64,000 nucleotides of DNA from Aplysia californica. Its lineage: Eukaryota. Position numbers and translations under genes: made by a program. Within the stretch, counting starts at the first letter, position 1, and every line of letters starts with the position of its first letter. The DNA is taken from contig NW_004797825.1 of NCBI RefSeq assembly GCF_000002075.1, positions 193,400 through 257,399 of the forward strand. The letters run 5' to 3'. Below the pieces are notes generated by a model. It searched no databases, was not told the origin of the DNA, and saw nothing but the letters and a program-made list of their open reading frames with translations. Shown piece by piece: positions 37,049-48,461 of this stretch.

Positions 37049-38427
37049 TACTGACGAGCAAAAGAAAGTGGGCTGCCTTCGTTCTGTGCATTATTTCCGT
37101 TCTTTACCGTAGTAATGACGTATTGCCAATGGATTTTGACAGGCTTGCCATTTTTTCATCAAGGGCAGACAAAAAACTAAGAAAAACGATCAAAACACAC
37201 CTTTTATTAGAAACTCATAACACCGATTCGAATGTTCAAAATCCCCAAAATAGTAACGGGTGTAACTCCCACCAACATTGATGACTACAGTACATCTCTG
37301 CCTCATTTATTGCACAAGTCATTGGATAAATTGCTGGAGAATATAATTCCAAGCATTCGTTAATGATTGTTGCAGTTGTGGGGTTGTCGTTGGGGGTGGC
37401 CGAATCTCTGGGTAACAGAGGCGAGATTGTTCCTGTGGCGAGCCAGAAATGGCAGAAGGTGTGGATAGAGAACGTCTTTGATGTATCTCTGGGCAGTCAG
37501 ATTACCGTAGATAATGACTAGGTCGAATTCATCAGTACTGGTTATGGATTCCCTTACCATAATGCTACGTTTGTCAGAAACAGCACTTACACACTGAGGT
37601 AAATAAAGTTTATGATGTCTCCGGTAGGCTTTCTGCCTTCCATAGTGGCAATCCAAAAGAAATCTGGACTCGTCAGAAAATATCACTCTATTCCACTAGC
37701 GGTTCAGCCATCGCCGGTGCAGACGTGCCCAGTGGAGTCTGGCATGACGATGTCTTTGGAGGAGACGAGTGCGTCGAGCTGGGTGTTCGGCCACGATTCC
37801 GTGGGCTTTCAAGTGTCGACGAACGGTGAAGCGGTTGATTGGTCTAAGCCCAGGCCAATCTCTGGCAGTTTTAGAAGCTGTTTGAAACCGATCCCGCAAG
37901 TGTGGAACTCTGATCCGATTGTCTTCAACAGCAGTAGTGACACGAGGACGACCAGACCTTGGAGCGTTACTAACCGAACCACTTGCTTGGAAGTGTATCC
38001 TTAGCTTTTGGATCGTATCTCTCTCAACATTGAAAGCTCTAGCGACAGAAGAAACCGTTGCATTAGCTCTCAGCATGCCAAGAGCTTCAAGACGTTGCGC
38101 ATCACTGAGACGAGGCAACGTATAAAAAAAAAATACAAAAGAACTAACCCAAAAATTTTGACGGCCTTTTCCATGACACACGTTGAAGTGTGTAACGAAT
38201 AAAGAATAAAAGTAAAGGCATTGTAAACTTTCAAGAAAAAACGAGAAAACATGTTTGAGGCCAAACATATTGTAAACACTTTTCACAACAACAAAATAAA
38301 CAAAAGTTTTTTTGACTGACTTTCTAAAGTCACTCAAGCTCAGCATGTAAATCGCCAAATCAAAATTCGCGAGACTACTCATACAGCACCGATTTGAAAA
38401 CTGCCCACTTTCTTTTGCTTGCCAGTA
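37049..38427 (-). mobile_element. Tc1-family transposon, decayed
   Basis: TA|TACTGACGAGCAAAAGAAAGTGGGC ... GCCCACTTTCTTTTGCTTGCCAGTA|TA; contains a transposase pseudogene. Confidence 0.92.
37250..38118 (-). pseudogene. Tc1 transposase pseudogene
   Basis: (M)PRLS...HTH, RSGRPRVTT, VIFSDESRF, GNLTAQRY and terminal GGSYTRY motifs; start codon mutated, in-frame stop at 37696-37698, and a deletion removing most of the D-D34E segment. Confidence 0.9.
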
Positions 38428-39571
38428 TAGTTATTTCTTGACGGACTATGGATGGCATCTTAGTACTTTAGATTTTTTAGTTTCTATGATTTGATATAGA
38501 TCTAGATAGATCTATTTAGACACAGATTCATTAGAAAATGAGCGACTTTAGATTTTTCTTTTTTAATGTTTGAAACAAATTTATATGAAGGAAACCCTAT
38601 CCCGTTGTATGTAATGATGATGTTCCTCTGTCCAATGTATACACATGTTGTGATGATGTTCTTCCAGCCACTGTTTCCACATGTTGTGATATTGTTCCTG
38701 CTCCTACTGCTTCTGTTTCAGAAGAAGAACTTGCTGGCCCTACCCCAACTGCCCTTGTCTCTAGTTGTGAGTGGTCAGTTGATGCCCTAGACTTTTCGAC
38801 CACAGGTCTGGAATTTTCGGGGATCGAATGTACCTCCGAGGACTTCCTGAATCCTGCAGCAGAGTTTCAGCTACCTTTGGTTTCAACACCAGCTCGGGAT
38901 CTATGGATAACCAGGACCATGACTATTGTCTGCCTGAGCAGGCATTGAGACCATTGGAAGATGAAACTCTGGTGACACCCCAAGCCCCCCGAAAACTGCC
39001 TCAGGACAACATTTTTGCTTTGTCCTTGACAAGCTAATTGATCACGCCATTGCCACTGGATGGATGGCATCAGACATGCATTGGGTCCGCCGTTGCCATT
39101 GGCACAAAATCGAACCTATGGAGAACGAGGGGGCATACAGAAAGTACCTTGATTTGTAAAATCAACTCATTCCTGCCCCCTCGTTCGTCAACCTGCCCAT
39201 ACCAGCAAGCTGGAACTTTAAGGTTTCAACACAGAGAAGCGGGCTCAGGCCCCTAAGTATGTCTTACGGGCAAAGTACAAAGAAATTGGAAGAAGAGAAG
39301 AAAAAGGAAGATGTGGAAAAGAGGAAGAGAGAAAGGGAGAGAAAAGGGTGGAGAAGGAAGAACAAAGAGGAGAAAAGTTAACGAAGTTGGAGAAGCCGAG
39401 AACAGCTTAGGGAAGAAGAAGAAGAAACAACAGGGAAATGAAGTGGGAGTAAGGGAAGGAAGAGGAAAGTACAGGCAAAGATGATGAAGCAAAAGAGAAG
39501 AAAAGGAGAGAGTGAGGAGGGGGAAGAGGATGAAAAGGAGGTAGGATTGGTTTACTACGATGACCGCTCCG

Positions 39572-39790
39572 CAGTTTGTTGTGATACATGTGGAAGAGTA
39601 AAATGAAGCATTCATGAATTTGTGTGTGAGTAAAAGATGTTCAAGTGAGTTTGTTGTGATATGTGAGGAAGAGTAAAATGAAGCATTCATGTACCTGGGT
39701 GTGAGTAAGATGTTCATATCAGTTTGTGATATGTGTGGAAGAGTAAAATGAAACATTCATATACCTATGTGTGAGTAAGATGTATGTGAG
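39572..39790. repeat. three tandem copies of a ~72-bp minisatellite
   Basis: agtttg(ttg)tgata..tg.ggaagagtaaaatgaa.cattcat...gtgtgagtaa repeated three times. Confidence 0.9.
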
Positions 39791-40889
39791 TCTGTTCTGG
39801 TGGTTGTTCTTATAAGAGCCATTGCCAAAACGTGGGGCAAAACACATACATCTCACATTAATGTGCATAAAATGTGATGCATTAGTATTTATTCCTCCCA
39901 AACTTATACATATGTTAAATATAGGATGTAGAACCTGCATTAGCAGTTTCAGACCCAGTGTCAGCTTTACAATCTTGAGTTTGTAAATTTTTTGCCAAAA
40001 ATGTTAGTTTTTTTTGTGATTCCTGGACTGTCATTTTGAGCACACCAATGCAAACTTCCAAGAAAGTCCAAAATTTAGTATTTTTGGGTGTTTTTTTTTA
40101 ACCTGTGCTTTGATTCTATGCTATTTGTGATCGAGAAAGGTTCACTTGCTCAAGAAATCAGTTTATTTGTTTGCAAATAAACGAATAATTCGGATCACTT
40201 GTGCGTCAGTGGTGTCGTCATTTTTCAGTAGAATCACCACAGCTGGTTAAATCTTTTTGCTTTTCGTCGTTTATTCAATAGTTCAAAAGCCGCGATGCGC
40301 GAAAGGAACATCGGGTTCCTAGAACTACGATTTCGGTCGGCTGTTTAACATTTGCCGTTAATGGCGTCACTTTGCGACGTACCGGAAGTCTGAATTTTAG
40401 CCTACTTTTGTTTTGAACGGATCATCAACAGTGCCTGGATATAATTGTTTTCTTGAGTGACTTCCCCTTACCCGCTTCCCCAGAACAACGGAAGCAACGG
40501 GGGAAAGAGAAAAACGAAAGTAGTCATTGCCGTCACCCTCTGGTTACGCACAAGAATCTTGCGTTGAATGTGACGTACTGGACTGAAATTGCGTGTTTTT
40601 AGGCTACCCTATTGAATATTTTAGTGAAATTGCGGTGTTTACATTGGATTCCTGGAACAAGAGTGTGATGTGTGAACAAACTTCGAGAGATGGATCATTT
40701 CTGTGGTTATAGATTTAGCTTTTGTGCTTAGTGATGACGTTTGGGGTGTCGTCATGCAGCCGTACAAGACTGACTGACGTACTAGAAATTACATTGCCCT
40801 AAGAGAAAACATTTTTTATGTCATGTGTGCTCTTTTTACTCAAACAAATAGACAAACATGTCTTGTTAATCTGTCTAACTCAAAAGTAC

Positions 40890-41345
40890 ACATTTGTTCT
40901 TTGTTGGCATGATATGCCTTTTTCCAATACATTGTGTCATCATTGTTATGTACAAGTAATATTTTTCATACTTGCTAATATCAATAAGTTTTCAACATAT
41001 ATTTCACATGACATGCAAGATTCATTTAGAAACAACATACGCCTTTATTGATCTGTGTATCTCATAGTGCAAATTTGTTCTTTGTTGGCATGATTTTACC
41101 TTTTCCCAGTATGTTTTGTCATCACTGTTATGTACGAGTACTGTTTGTCATAATTAGCAACGTAATTGTGATTGTCTACTGTCTTTGATATGACCTGATA
41201 TCTCTTTCAAAGCAAAAGAAACCTCTCCTGTTTTTTTTTTAATTCTTAAAGTGTGCTTTTCTCTCTGGAGGCATGACTTTGTCTTTTCCTGTACATTGTG
41301 TCATCATTGTTATGTACAAGTCATGTTTGTCATCACTGTTATGCA
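40890..41345. repeat. three diverged ~185-bp tandem units
   Basis: ggcatga....ttttcc..tacattgtgtcatcattgttatgtacaagt recurs at about 40905, 41087 and 41270; an inverted fragment lies at about 41503. Confidence 0.7.
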
Positions 41346-42559
41346 CAAGTCAGCCCCATTGATTTTGTGCTTTTGCCTCATATTAGTTAAAAAATTGTTT
41401 TACACATGTGTTTTTCTGGTGCTGAGGCTTTGATAATTGTATTTGTACAGCCTTTCACTATTATGATGTGTTGTCAATGATAATGTCTAATGTGTATCCT
41501 TTCTTGTACATAACAATGATGACATGTTCTGTGCACTGCGTCATTGTTACAATGCTTGTCATTCATATTTAGGCTAAAACAGCACCTGGACATGGATGGC
41601 TGGTGCCTCTATAAATAAATCAATCATTGATGGTCTGGTCATTATATTACCATTATGAATGGAGTTCATAGAGTACAAAGTGTTTGTTTACTAAATAAAT
41701 GGAATTTAAAGTCTATAATTTGCCTTGCTGCTTATCTGTTTTTGTAATCATTGTTACATACAAGAAATACAGTTGTTGCCAAACCAATAGACCCATTATA
41801 TCTCCAAAACCCTACATCTCCTTGCTCTGATAATCTAGGAAGCTCTAAATGTCAATCTGAGACAGACAGAAAAGGGAGTAAAATTGGTAAGAAAAAAATT
41901 TTGGAACCACTGAGTCTCAAGAGTCATATAGAATCTAGTATGTCAATAAACATTAGTTCTGTCTTAGGCCGACTGTACAAAAGGCTTCTTTCCTCTTTTC
42001 AAACGCCTAGTTGTGCTTCAATTTGGATGTGCTGGTATGGGGTGTAGTGGGTGACGGTATGGGGTACATGCCATGACAGAAACCCCGACACGTGACGGTA
42101 TGGGGTACATGTCATGGCATGCGTCAAGTCTCGGTTAGGGGTCTTCTTTATAAACACTATCTGACTAAAAACTTCACCCCACACCTACAGGAAAGGCTGG
42201 CCTCTCAACGAAGCGAAATTTTGGGTCGATGTTTTGGAAAGAGCCAAAGTTATGGTAATACAAAAGTTCACTTCCGGAAATAGTCATCACAAAACACTAA
42301 GTAAACTGAGGTGACGGTATGCCGTGCAGGGGCTCTAGATCTAGGTACACTGACACCATTTATTACATCCAAATTGTTTCAGCTTCTTCAACTTCAACTG
42401 CCTAAAAAATTAGGCCCAATTAGAGCCTAGGCCTAAAGGCTAACATGTCCTGAATAGGGGCCTACTGAATGAGTTAAACATGAATGAGTGAATCACTGAA
42501 TGCAATGCAAGTCTTGATCTTCTTCTCCTGCCCCTAAGCCTTGTTTACATTTGTTTATA

Positions 42560-43270
42560 TGTACAGGAAGTGGCTATTCTCATCCGGGGTGAGAATAGAA
42601 AAACGATCTACCTCTCACCCCGGGTGAGAATTGCCAGCGTAGGNNNNNNNNNNNNNNNNNNNNNNNNNNNNNNNNNNNNNNNNNNNNNNNNNNNNNNNNN
42701 NNNNNNNNNNNNNNNNNNNNNNNNNNNNNNNNNNNNNNNNNNNNNNNNNNNNNNNNNNNNNNNNNNNNNNNNNNNNNNNNNNNNNNNNNNNNNNNNNNNN
42801 NNNNNNNNNNNNNNNNNNNNNNNNNNNNNNNNNNNNNNNNNNNNNNNNNNNNNNNNNNNNNNNNNNNNNNNNNNNNNNNNNNNNNNNNNNNNNNNNNNNN
42901 NNNNNNNNNNNNNNNNNNNNNNNNNNNNNNNNNNNNNNNNNNNNNNNNNNNNNNNNNNNNNNNNNNNNNNNNNNNNNNNNNNNNNNNNNNNNNNNNNNNN
43001 NNNNNNNNNNNNNNNNNNNNNNNNNNNNNNNNNNNNNNNNNNNNNNNNNNNNNNNNNNNNNNNNNNNNNNNNNNNNNNNNNNNNNNNNNNNNNNNNNNNN
43101 NNNNNNNNNNNNNNNNNNNNNNNNNNNNNNNNNNNNNNNNNNNNNNNNNNNNNNNNNNNNNNNNNNNNNNNTGTTGGCCTAGATCTAATTCTAGGCTATA
43201 ACGGTGAACGCGCACCGGGTGAGAATAGCCAAAGGACTCGCCTGCACTATTCTCAAATAGAGGTGGCCTT
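42560..43270 (-). mobile_element. family P hairpin-ended element (spans an N gap)
   Basis: Ends match the 10432-11350 copy in reverse orientation (tgtacaggaagtggctattctc ... ctattctcaaatagaggtggcc). Confidence 0.7.
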
Positions 43271-43352
43271 ATTATGTACATGGGGTAGGTGGTGGATAAA
43301 CAATGACATAAATAATAGTGATAAAGAAATGGTCTTGTATTTCTATGCTTAC

Positions 43353-43474
43353 CTAAAACCATACAATGTGCCTGCCCCGCCTGCTATCAAAAAAGGCCAC
43401 CAAGACTGAAACATAGCGTCGGGATTTGGCATATTAGCAAAGAAATCATCCATTGCTTTGCTTCTGTGCGCCAT
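43353..43474 (-). CDS. RDH11/12/13-like short-chain dehydrogenase/reductase exon 1, MAHRSKAMDDFFANMPNPDAMFQSWWPFLIAGGAGTLYGF(R)
   Basis: acaATGG start, hydrophobic membrane anchor, AG|GTAAGC donor in phase 2 giving Arg with the first G of exon 2. The joined CDS is 1125 nt and open. Confidence 0.85.
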
Positions 43475-44111
43475 TGTGAGACTTTTGTAAGATGAAAGAA
43501 TTCCAGTTGAGTTTCTTCGTCCTTTTGGTATATTTATGTGATAACAGTGCAGCAAACAGGTCGGAGTGCTATAAAATAATAGCCTAGATCAGATAGGCGT
43601 AAACTAGCACTTAGCTCTGGCTCCCCACAAGGTAGGCCCGCAAGGATGTGAAGTGTGAAGTGTGAAGGATGACGAGTAATAAGACGCTCTCGGCTCACAG
43701 TTGAAACAGTCAAGATTACGACCCCGTCTGTTTAGAGGCATCGGACTTTTATTGGTCAAAATATTATGGTACAAAGATGTTCATTGAGAATCAAGCTGTC
43801 ATTAGACCTCAATTTTTATGTAATAAAATTATTGAAACGTTTTGAATAGATCAAGTGGGCCACATTCATTCACGTTTGTATGTATTTTTTACACTATCCA
43901 GTCTCAAGAACATTTTTTCTCTTTCCCTGAAAGCGCTGATCCGAAAACACTACCTTATCTTTACCAAAAGCATGAAGGGATGCAAAACAACAACCGGCAA
44001 ACTAAAGTGAAACGGCACAAAGGCACAAAGTTCTTCGATCCGCCGTGAGGAAGAACGGCGCGTCCGTGACAGTGTACGTAGAGAAGTCCGTCAACAAAGA
44101 GAAAGACAAAC
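43475..44111. promoter_or_regulatory. bidirectional promoter and 5' UTRs between the RDH-like gene and CNIH4
   Basis: Only 637 bp separate the two divergent start codons; CpG-enriched flanks. Confidence 0.7.
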
Positions 44112-44186
44112 ATGGGTCCTGATGGAATGCTCTTCATATTTGCGCTCTTGGATGAAGGCGCTCTACTCTTCTTGGCAGTATATTTT
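44112..44186 (+). CDS. CNIH4: CNIH4 exon 1, MGPDGMLFIFALLDEGALLFLAVYF
   Basis: Matches the CNIH4 N-terminus (F.F.LLD..AL.FL.VYF); followed by the U12 donor GTATCCTT. Confidence 0.92.
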
Positions 44187-44403
44187 GTATCCTTGTAATT
44201 ACTTTACCATGGCCATGACAAAAGTTGAGGCTGAGTTAACTGACAGTAATTAAACTGAGTAGATTCTAGATTCTAGGTGCTCTCGGAGTCTTCCACTTCT
44301 GACTGACGACAGGGTTTCTTCTTCAGATTCTGTAACAATTCTGGCCTAAATATCTAACTATGAATTCCATAACGAACGACCACTATGAAATATATAGAGG
44401 GTT

Positions 44404-45240
44404 TTGTTCGGGTTAGGGTCAGGGTTAAAGGTGAGAATAGTGCAGGCGAGTCTTGTGGCTATTCTGAGTATTCTCACCCGGTGCGCATTCACCAAATTTT
44501 GCGTTCACCCTAAACCANNNNNNNNNNNNNNNNNNNNNNNNNNNNNNNNNNNNNNNNNNNNNNNNNNNNNNNNNNNNNNNNNNNNNNNNNNNNNNNNNNN
44601 NNNNNNNNNNNNNNNNNNNNNNNNNNNNNNNNNNNNNNNNNNNNNNNNNNNNNNNNNNNNNNNNNNNNNNNNNNNNNNNNNNNNNNNNNNNNNNNNNNNN
44701 NNNNNNNNNNNNNNNNNNNNNNNNNNNNNNNNNNNNNNNNNNNNNNNNNNNNNNNNNNNNNNNNNNNNNNNNNNNNNNNNNNNNNNNNNNNNNNNNNNNN
44801 NNNNNNNNNNNNNNNNNNNNNNNNNNNNNNNNNNNNNNNNNNNNNNNNNNNNNNNNNNNNNNNNNNNNNNNNNNNNNNNNNNNNNNNNNNNNNNNNNNNN
44901 NNNNNNNNNNNNNNNNNNNNNNNNNNNNNNNNNNNNNNNNNNNNNNNNNNNNNNNNNNNNNNNNNNNNNNNNNNNNNNNNNNNNNNNNNNNNNNNNNNNN
45001 NNNNNNNNNNNNNNNNNNNNNNNNNNNNNNNNNNAGCGTACAATTTTGTCTGTGGGCGCAGTGGAGAGAGAGAGAGAGAGCTGGAATGAGAAAGAAGCAG
45101 CCGGTGTTCGACTTGAAAAGTTCATTAGAAAATTGAACTAGCCGCTTGCTGCACTTTGCGTTTGGTGCGAAAGAAATCGCGGCCCGCGGCACTCCTAATT
45201 GCGGTCCTGTTTGTTTACATGACGGCTATTGTGGCTGTGA
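44404..45240 (+). mobile_element. family P element (spans an N gap)
   Basis: gtgagaatagtgcaggcgagtcttgtggctattc...gcgttcaccctaaacc matches 10457-10535; the post-gap agcgtacaattttgtctgtggg matches 11038. Confidence 0.7.
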
Positions 45241-45245
45241 AAGTG

Positions 45246-45345
45246 AATCTAGATCTAGATCTAGATCTAGATCTAGATAATCTATCTCTAGATATCTAGA
45301 TCTACACATATTTAGATATCTAGATTTTAGATCTAGATTAGATAG
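45246..45345. repeat. (TCTAGA)n palindromic array
   Basis: atctagatctagatctagatctagatctagata... Confidence 0.85.
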
Positions 45346-45814
45346 CCTAGGCTATATTTTAAATTCAGTTTACCTCTCTAAATAAGAAACACACTACAGG
45401 GGCACTAAGTGCAAACGGGACCGCAATTGTACAGGAGAGTGCCTTCCTCCTTGATCCGATACTGCTCTACATCGATGTACAATTTTAAAGTGAAAGAAAT
45501 CTTTTTATGAGACACCAGCTGGCAAAAAAACACTGGGATTTTAGTCACCAACAAGTCCAAACTGTCAAATTGACTCGAATGCTTGTTAGTCAACTTAGTG
45601 CCTTTATGGTTTTTTGTTGTTGTTTTTTAAAATACATTTTAATTCAGTTGGCTATGGTTAACAATATGACAGTTTTCCCTTCCAAAACCGTAGGCTAGAT
45701 TTTCCAGTATATATTCTGGATCTCACTGGTTTTACTCGGCCTTTGGAGAGCGCGCGCGTACACCTTCGCGTGAATTTTCTCCTTTTTTAAAATTCCTGGG
45801 TGGCAGCTATGGAA

Positions 45815-45868
45815 TAGAGAAGAACTTCGCGGGTTGCCATTTTGTTTTGCCTGGAAGTTCTCGCGCTA

Positions 45869-45924
<56 letters not shown>

Positions 45925-46160
45925 CTGCACACAGACAAAGTTGCAACGCTTGTAGGCTAACAGTAGAAACAAAAGAGCGCTGGAACATTTGTTCATGGCA
46001 CAGAATTTTACAATTTTGTTATCACAGTGTAGAATTCTGTGGTTCAGGGTGAACGTTACACTGGTTGGCCTAGGCTATAACGGTGAACGCACACCGGGTG
46101 AGAATAGCCAAAAGGCTCGCCAGCGCTATTCTCACTCGGGGTGAGAATAAAGGTGGCCGT
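45815..46160 (-). mobile_element. family P element, partial
   Basis: Reverse complement of 10432-10575 joined to 10975-11140, including the (CT)n tract; ends ...gtgagaataaaggtggccgt. Confidence 0.75.
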
Positions 46161-47276
46161 ACAGAGTTTTTGCCAATCTCGAACAGTCTTGTTTTCTCGC
46201 TGTACCTTTTGAAAGCATTTTCAAATGAAGTATAGTCCGGGAACATTGCCCCAACCACAATTGATGTATCTGAATATTCAGACATTAAAAAATCTCTACC
46301 TCTAGAAATTGGATTCGATGCAAAAATTGCTTCTTCCTTGTCCTCGCAGAATGGCAGAATGAAAGATGACGCCTAATTCCCGCCAGAGACTCTCTGATCT
46401 TTCAAATAACCAAAAAATCTCGAGAACGGAAACCGTTCGGAGAAATAGAGGTCAAGTTTATTTTCCCGGACGTTCGAAGAAATAGTCACTTCGTTGTTTA
46501 AATATATTTTGTTAACTCTTTAACCATTCAATTTAATATCACATTTCCGCATAATTCTCGTGTGTTTGTGGAAATGCGACGCGACATATTACATTTTTAA
46601 AACAACTTGTTTCATGTCAAACTGATCAATAAAGCATTACCCAGACGTAGAATTCATTTATCTTTGACTTCCGGGTCAAACTAAAGGCTTGTTAGCTCAT
46701 ACTTTTTTATATCGGCCCGTACCATAATGTACAATAATAACTTCGCATCGGATGGTGTTACCGTCCAGCCATGGTTACGGACCTTGACTACCAGACGCTG
46801 CCACCGTCCAGACATAGGTAAAGAGTTAATCACCATCATCGTAATGATCCTAAACCTGTTCTTACCTAAATGATGTTAATATCAGGCTGATTATTACAAT
46901 CTGACAACAAAATGATAAAGAGTCGTTCCTCCGGTCGAGTCGTTCTTGGACTGCTGATCCTGTGATGAAAATGGGGAACAGAATTTAGCAGCAGTGCTTC
47001 TCCGCAAGTATTCCTACCCTACACAGTGTCATTGCTTCGAGTTCAGAATATAGATTTGTCAAGTTCCAAAGTTAACAAAGATGGCAGTTTAAAAAAAAAT
47101 TTAAGCCGTTCTCCCCCTCCCTGTCCATTCAAGTAGGCTACATTTAATTGATTTACTGAGATCATCTCAGTTGTCCCTAGATTGACAGTGATTCCCCTAA
47201 TGGCAACAAAACTTGTAAGAACAGATGGGAAAAAATTTATTGCAAATATATTAGTTTATCTTCTAAATTCTAAATA

Positions 47277-48461
47277 CAGTAGAGTCCACGAATCTCGAAC
47301 ACGAAAATCACAAATTCATGGGTATCTTGAACATTATGCTCCATCCCGTTTCAGTCCCTATGTTTTCTTTGTATTGACTTCACAGAGTTCCTGAACACAC
47401 AACACTTGAATCTCGAACAAATCCACTTCGCATTCTCAATTAAAGACCCGGCTTTACTGCCTTTCTGGCCTCGGGTAGGCATTTCTTTGTTATTGTTACA
47501 GCCAAAAGGTGGTCCTTGTCTCACCTCTCGTGGTGAAAGGACCACATTTTGGCTGGAAGAAGGGGGGACGTGAAAGGGAGGGTTGGAGAGTGATGCTGAC
47601 CGCACCGCATGACTGGCTCGCCTCGCATGCTATCATGCTGTGGGACGCACATGGTGCAGATGGCAAGAGGCGTAACTTTCTGTAAGTCAATGAAATGAGA
47701 GGAAAGAAATGACGTGCACTCGTGAGATTTTCTGCTTTCCACTTTCATTCATCTTCTTACTTTCACGCTATCAACACGTTCATCAAGTGAGCTAAACACA
47801 CTTCAGTGGGTGTCACATTCAACGAGGTCACATTCAGCGAGAAGTCGGCTCCAACGAGGCAATCCTTAATCCCCAATTTTTACCTCTATATCTCTTTGTA
47901 AATGTATGTCAGCTCCAACGAGGTTGCAAACAGACCGAAGTCGCTTTCAACGAGGTCGCGATATGCAAATAAAAGCAATTAGGGGCCCCAAAAATGAAGA
48001 ATTTTTCTCCTTTCTCTCCATCTCAGGCAAAGCACAAGGCCCATCCTCGATTCCTAACACATTGTATTGCTAGATCTAGTGTGCCTCCTAATATTATGGG
48101 CTTCAAAGCCAAGAGGATGGGCGAGGGTTAGCCTACGGTAGGGATGGGAGGGGATGGGTGGGAACGTGATACAGGCTGTGTGAAACTGGATGAACTCTGG
48201 ATGGGTAGGTCTAGATCGAGACCTTCATTAAAAAATATTTTTTTTTTCTTCCCCTGATCAGAAAAGTCCAAGCTTCCGCCTTTACTCTATGTAGATCTAG
48301 GCCTAGAGAAGTGTTCTGGAAATGTTCTTTTTTACGTCCCTTGATTTTCTATCTCTATTTCTTTGTATTTGAATTTGGGGCTTTCACAGACATGACGTAT
48401 TACGGAAATCTCGAACACTATTTCCAATCCCCGCTGAATTCGAGTTACCCGTGTTTGACTG
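47277..48461. mobile_element. old pogo/Tigger-like MITE, probably with a nested second MITE at about 47805-47965
   Basis: TA|CAGT...ctcgaa / ttcgag...ACTG|TA with repeated atctcgaaca motifs; internal caacgagg repeats. TIRs are diverged. Confidence 0.5.

Larger units (their letters stand above)
36575..42337. mobile_element. ~5.8-kb composite DNA transposon relic with 27-bp TIRs (TAG...CTA termini), superfamily uncertain
   Basis: Left TAGAGCCTATGTATGGCATACCGTCAC versus reverse complement of right TAGAGCCCCTGCACGGCATACCGTCAC (23/27 identical); internal GTGACGGTATGGGGTACA repeats at about 36967, 42051 and 42092. Confidence 0.7.

Noticed and set aside
37612-38202. + strand ORFs over the Tc1 element
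   Set aside because: Antisense to the transposase pseudogene.
39253-39756. 167-aa hydrophobic minus-strand ORF resembling a membrane protein
   Set aside because: Derived from a purine-rich low-complexity tract plus a minisatellite.
1760-45192. Long ORFs containing X runs (1760-2278, 6783-7469, 42570-43409, 44404-45192)
   Set aside because: Artefacts of translating through N gaps.
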